A stretch of 55,136 nt of DNA from a virus. Taxonomy: Duplodnaviria; Caudoviricetes. A program made the position numbers and the translations under genes. The DNA lies in the IMG/VR virus record IMGVR_UViG_3300046004_002451, positions 1 to 55,136 of that record; one strand, 5' to 3'. The notes beneath the pieces were generated by a model, which searched no databases, was not told the origin of the DNA, and saw only the letters and a program-made list of their open reading frames with translations. Shown here in pieces: positions 35,901 to 41,900 of this stretch (positions are counted from its first letter, which is position 1; each line of letters opens with the position of its first letter).

Positions 35901-38900
35901 GGCGAAATGCGGCGAGGGGGCGCAGAGATAATTGCGCGACAAGAGCTTCACTGAGTTTGGAGGCATCAAGTAAGCCAGTCTTTTTCTGGATGGCCTTGGC
36001 GGCGTCCAAACTACTGAGAGCACCGGCCGCCGGAGTGGAAACCGGAGTGGAAACCGGAGTGGAAACCGGAGTGGAAACCGGAGTGGAAACCGGAGTGGAA
36101 ACCGGAGTGGAAACCGGAGTGGAAACCACCTTGGAAACAAAGCGCTCTGCAACACTGAAAGTCCTGCCTCCAGGCGTGATAGCCGGGTATGACCATGCTT
36201 GGTCTTCCTTGTTCCAAACAGGTTCACCAGTCACGGTAAGATTACCCTCAGAGCGGTAAACATCTGAGAAAATCAAACTGCCTTTAGGAAGGTCATGCTT
36301 TGGCGCTGGGTGTCCAGGGGCCGGCGCGGCTTCCTCGTTGCTTGGTTGTGCGGGAGGCGCCTCCACGGCAGGGGCAGCTTCCTGAGTGAAGGTCTTACCT
36401 GTAGCGAGGGCGAAGAGTTCAGCTTTGGTTGGGCGCGGCTCGTTGCCAAATAGGCTTGTCTGTTTGGGGTCTCCGGCTGCGTCTATGGCTTTGGCGTAGC
36501 GGTCGAGCGCGGCTAGGAGCTGCTTGGGCTTCCGGCGGTGATCATGCAAAGCTGTGACGAGGGTTTTCTCAAAAGCCGATGGTGCCTCACCAATGCCGGC
36601 AAGGGTCTCCTGTGCTGACCATGATTCTACAGTATCACCTCGGGTTTTGATGTCCTGGTAAGTTGCGAGTGCTTTGGCCAGCTCTTCTGTGATGCTGAGC
36701 GGATAGAGGGCGCCGGCGCTGATGCGGCTATTCTGCTCGGCAAAGCGTGGTGCAATCGCGATGAGGGCATTAACCAGATTCCTGCCTTCTCCATTGATGT
36801 CCTCGGTAAGGGTGCTGAGTGCGCCTAGTGTTTCTTTGCTGTCGCCATAGGCATAGACAAAGAGCGCATTACGCAGTCGGCGCAGCCCGGTTTGCGAAAG
36901 ATTGCCTTGGGCGTCGATGATTGCCGGCCTTTCAGCGGGTGGAACAATGTCGCTGATGAAGCCGCGAATGAACTCGGCATTGGCTTGAGTGAATACTTCA
37001 CCCTCTTCATTCGGGACAAAGTTCTCGAAGTGGTCCGGGACAATCTGCTTAGCATCAATCTTGGCCTGCTCAATTTCCCGCTTTGGTGCGATCGTGCTGA
37101 CATTGGCAGATAGCACGAATGCTACACGGTTCACCGGCGTCTTGCGAATCCGCACGAGCACCGGGTTCTTAATTTTACCGACTTCGGCGGCATCGAGGCC
37201 AAAACTTGCAGCCTTCGCAAGGAGCGCTTCCCGATATGTGGCGGCTGCTGGTGACTGATTACCATGGGCACGCCGGGCACCCATCATTCGGCCATTGCCT
37301 GACTCAACGACTCCATCATCCCCGATAATTGGCGCACCATCGCCGACTCCATTACTGGCGCTGAGGCGGTCCAAGTTGAGGTTCTTCGCGATGTCGATTA
37401 CCTGGGATTCACTGCCGGCGCTGGTGCGGTCGCGCGGCTGTAATTCCTGAGGGTATTCAGGATTGATACGCCCATCATCCTTATTCGAGATTGTGAGGCT
37501 GTTCACATCGACAACGGCCCATTCGTAATCAATGGCATCGTTCGCGTCGGTATATGCGGTGCCGCTGGTGCCGGTGACGGGCTTGAAATCAGCGCTCGCC
37601 GTGGCTTTTGTCTGTGGTAGCGGCGCAGCGCCAGCCAGCACCGCTGCCCGGTTGTCGGTGGTAGTGTCCACTCCCGTCACTTTTCCGGGCTTGGGTGGGA
37701 CATTATTTGTCTGACCCCCTGATATTTCCTTCGTAGTTACCGCGGCTTTTGCCGCCGGCCGCAAAGTCGGCATCGAGGCCAGTCGGGACGGGTCGCCCTG
37801 GCTACGAGCTTGAAACTCAAGCACGAGTTGGCCGATTTCATCCACCATAACGTTCAACTCGTCTTGCAGTTCCGGGCTGGTTTGGCTGATGAGATCCTTG
37901 AGCGCTTGGCCAAGATCCTTAAGCATGTCCATCAGCCACTTGGCGAGGCTCTTATCCTGAGCTGCCGCTTCGGAGACCTGCCCGGCAAAATGACGGTCCT
38001 GGACCAACATGCGCGCGAACTCGTGCATGAGATGCCATTGCCGGCCCGCGCTGAGGTCGGTAGGCATCTTGGCCGGCTGTTTCTTGTTGGCGATGTCGAT
38101 GGCGTGATAACTGCTCCAGACCTTCTGGCGAAGTGCTGGAGTGAGTGATTGCCAGCGTTTGACCAATGCACCACGGCCATATTTCTCGGGCTTACCCTGA
38201 GCAATTTTAAGGACGGCTGCATGAATGGCTTCCTCCACAAGTGATGCGGTAATGCCTTCATTTACATTCGTGATATTCCTCATCTCGTGGATGAGAGCGC
38301 CAAGATTGATAGCAAGCACCATGTCGCCATTCAACTCCTGGACCGCTATGGCATCCCCGCCAAGGATAGCTTTTGCTGAGTCGCCCAAAGCAAGCTTTGA
38401 AAATAGGAGATGGTTCGAGGCAATGGCCCTCTCCAGTGCGTTGAGAGTTGCCCGTGCCGCCTTCCTGCTTTCGGCCGGCAGAGTAGTGAGTGCTTGTAAC
38501 CGCGCGCGCGCCCAGGCTGCATGGCGCCGGAGATCGGCCGGCCGGTCTGGCGTGACGGCTACGGTTTCAGGTTCAGTGGTATCATTTGATACCGTCGAGG
38601 CTTCGACTACGGGGCTGCCATCCGGGTTGACCTTACCTTTGGTAAGTTTGCCATCGTTGGCGGCATTCTCTTTCTCGGCGAGCCATTGCAAGAAATGTTT
38701 CTGGCGGGCTGCTGCGGAATCAGGCGCCAATTTGAGCTTCCGGCTTTTGAGCATGTGGGCGATAGCGGCATCGAGCCGGCCACCGAATGACGCAACATAC
38801 TCATCGGCTAGGGCTGCCGCCTCTTCTTGGCTGTAGGGTCCAGAACCGTCCCTGTAGAGCATTACGGCAATCTGCTCACTGCGTTCCTGCTGTGGGTAAG

Positions 38901-41900
38901 ACAGGGTAGGTGGGGTTTTCAGGCTGGGTTTGGCCTTGATCACGGGTCGCTCAGCGACGTTTGAGCGTGACTCTGGCGAGTCGCTCACGGGTCGCTTAGC
39001 GCCTTGGTCGGCTGGCTTACTTGGCGCTGAATTGACGTTTTGCGGAGACAGTTTTGCATCGAGATCAACCGGCGCTGTGAGTGGATCACTTTGGGAATGG
39101 GCAGGTGATAGAGACCCGGTGATTCCAAGCGCCCGCAAAATCTTCGGGTAATCCTTGCTGACGGCTTGCTCCATGTAGCTTTCACCGACGACTCCTTGAG
39201 TTGCCACAAGATGCTCGGCCACTTTGGCTGCCTCTTCCTCAGTCAAACCGAGATCGGCGAAGTGTCTGGTAAACTCCTCGACACGCAGAGCCGCGGGAGA
39301 TTGCTCTCCCGCAGCCGGCGCCGGTGCGTTTAGCAGCGCGTTCCCTTGCCCTTGGCGCCCTTCTTGGCTTCCTGGCTGGTTTTCATGTGTGGTTGTGCTT
39401 TGTGGGGTTTCCGGGCTATTCGCCCCCGGTGTGGCGGTCGGCTGGGCTGACACAGGGGTTGCGCCATGATCGGCTGGAATGGCGGCAGCGACTTCGGGCA
39501 GGTGTTCGGCAAGGATTGCGCGATAGGCGGGTGCAACGGTGATGTTGCCGGCAGTATCCACTTCAAGCACGGGCGGACCAGCATAGCCTTTGAGAGCTGT
39601 AGGCGGTGCATTGAGGTCTGTCTGTCCGTCTTTGTTGCGGCGCGTCCAGCCGGCTGCGTTGAGTTGTTCCTCCTCCAGGTCAGCGGCGCTGCCACCTTGC
39701 GCGACGGCGAGAGCGGCGCTGGCTCTTGCCTGCATGGGTGCCACTTCCTCCGGGCGCACGGTCGGATGGTTGGCCAGTTGGTCGATGGCACTCCAAGCTG
39801 CTGCTGCCACTTCTGGCCTAAGTGCTGGGTCCATTTGGGGTGCAGTAGCTACCGGGGCAGCGCCGGCCGCTCCGGGTTGTGTCGCGTCACTGCGCTTCAT
39901 GCCAGTCTCGCGGATTCCCTGAATACCTTCACCCATGCCACCCAGGCCGAATATGGCGATAGAAAGCTCTGGCAACGACTCAACAAACTGGGCGAGCGCT
40001 TGGGGCACACTCTGCCCGGTGCCAACGGCTGCTGCGACTGTGCTGAAAAGTTCGTCGCCGATTTCCTCCGGCCACTCCTTGAGCCCGCCTTTGACGAACT
40101 CCTTACCGATATACCCCGCGCGCGCCATCTGGCTCGTGAACTGCTTCTTGAAAGCCTCCTTGGCAAGGTTGGGCGTCACGAGCAATTTTGTGATACCTTG
40201 CGCGCCGGTGAGAGTAGTCAGAAGAGCGGTGACACCGCCGGAGAGAATCGAGGGGAGTTGTGCTTGTCGGAGTGCCGTGGCATGACTCATCTCCGGGTTC
40301 TGCTGCCTGAGTGTGGTGTAAATGTCCGCGATTTGAGCCCCGTACGTCTGTGCTCCGCCGGCGACTGCAGAGCCAGCAACTCCGGCCCGAACTATGGAGG
40401 CGGTCGCTTTTGCTGCCTGGGCGGGTGTGGTGGCGCCGCGCAAAGCAGCGGCGAGGGCTGGCAGCATCTTGGCTCCAAAGCCTGTCCTGGCAAATAGGGT
40501 AAGGCCAAGTTGTCCCGCGCGAGCGCCGCCAAAAGCTGGGATGAGGCTGGGCACGAGGCGGCCGAACTGTCCCACACTGCGCAGAGCCAAGCCTTCGGCG
40601 GCACCATGGATTTGTTTATCCAGCTCCATGAGCTGAGAACGCTCATTGAGTGCCTGGGCGCCCTTCATGGCAGTTTCGCTGCCGGTAATGCCGGCCACGA
40701 GTCCCAGCGCCTGGGCGCCAATATCATCGACGCCTTGAGCCAGGCTCATCAGGAGTTGGCGGGTAATTTTGCCGGCGGGCGTAGCGCTGTCTTTGAGTGT
40801 GTCGGCGTAGCGTGCTGCCTGCTCTTCGAGTGCTACGTCCTTGGGCTGTGACTTCTGGAAAGCCAGCCATCCCTCGTCTTGCAGCTTGGAAAGAGTTTCC
40901 AGCGATTGCCGGCCATAGTTGGCACGAATATCCGGCTGAACTGCCATAGCTGCCCGTTTGGCTTCCGGGCTGGCTGGTGCGGCTTCGACGGCTTTAGCGT
41001 ATTCTGCTGGATCGGTGATCTGTGGGTTAATGAGCAACCCACCATTGCCAAGGATACGGTGTTGACGCTTATCGCCGCGCACCTCGTGCATGAACTGTGC
41101 AGCACCGGTGCCAGGTCCAAAGTCCTCGCCATGCTTGCCTTGAATGCTGCTCCAGTCATGTGACTCGACATCGTTCAGGATACGATCGGCTTCCTGTTCG
41201 GTGACTCCAGTAGCTTGCGCCAAATTCTTGCGCGCTTCGAGGAATAGATCGCCGGCATGAGCTTTCAGTGCTGGATTCTCTGCCAGCTTGGTCTTGATAC
41301 CCATGTAAGCAGCCTGAGCGGCCGCATTGGTCTGCACGCCTTGAGCGTGTGCCTGCTCCAGGCGGCTCTGAGTATCCTGATTGAGTGCTTCTGCGGCTGC
41401 TGCGCGCTGCGGGCTACCCTCGGGGTATTGCTCCAAGTCTGCGGCGCGGTGGGCGTGCTCCTGCTCGATGGCAGCGCTTGCGGCGCTGCTTTGCTCCATT
41501 CCTGGAATGAAGCTCTGAACTGCTTTCACATCGCCGGCGCCCTGCTTTTGTTTTTCTTGCACATTTTGGGCAGCTTCATTTCTCAAGTTCACCTCGCGGC
41601 CGTACTCGGCTGCATCAATCTCCAGGAGCTTGCGCTGTTTCTGGTGCTCAGGATCGGCTTGGAGTGTCGTGGTCTGCGCTTGTAGATCGGTCAACTTTTT
41701 CCAGATTGGGGCGTGCCATGTGCTGCCATCGCTGGCGGTCACGAGTTCGCCCGCTGGGATACCGCGCTGCTTGGCCGCATCATTTTCGGCGGTGAGTGCG
41801 GTCTGTTTGGCCTGGGCGTCGATGTAAGGCGCCTCAAGGTCGGCTTGTCGCTGTTGCAGTGTGGCAGCGCTGGCATTCAGAGTTTCATCGGTCTTGTCGA

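Noticed and set aside
36030-36125. Possible CRISPR array
   Set aside because: Head-to-tail 12-bp units with no spacers, in frame within a CDS.
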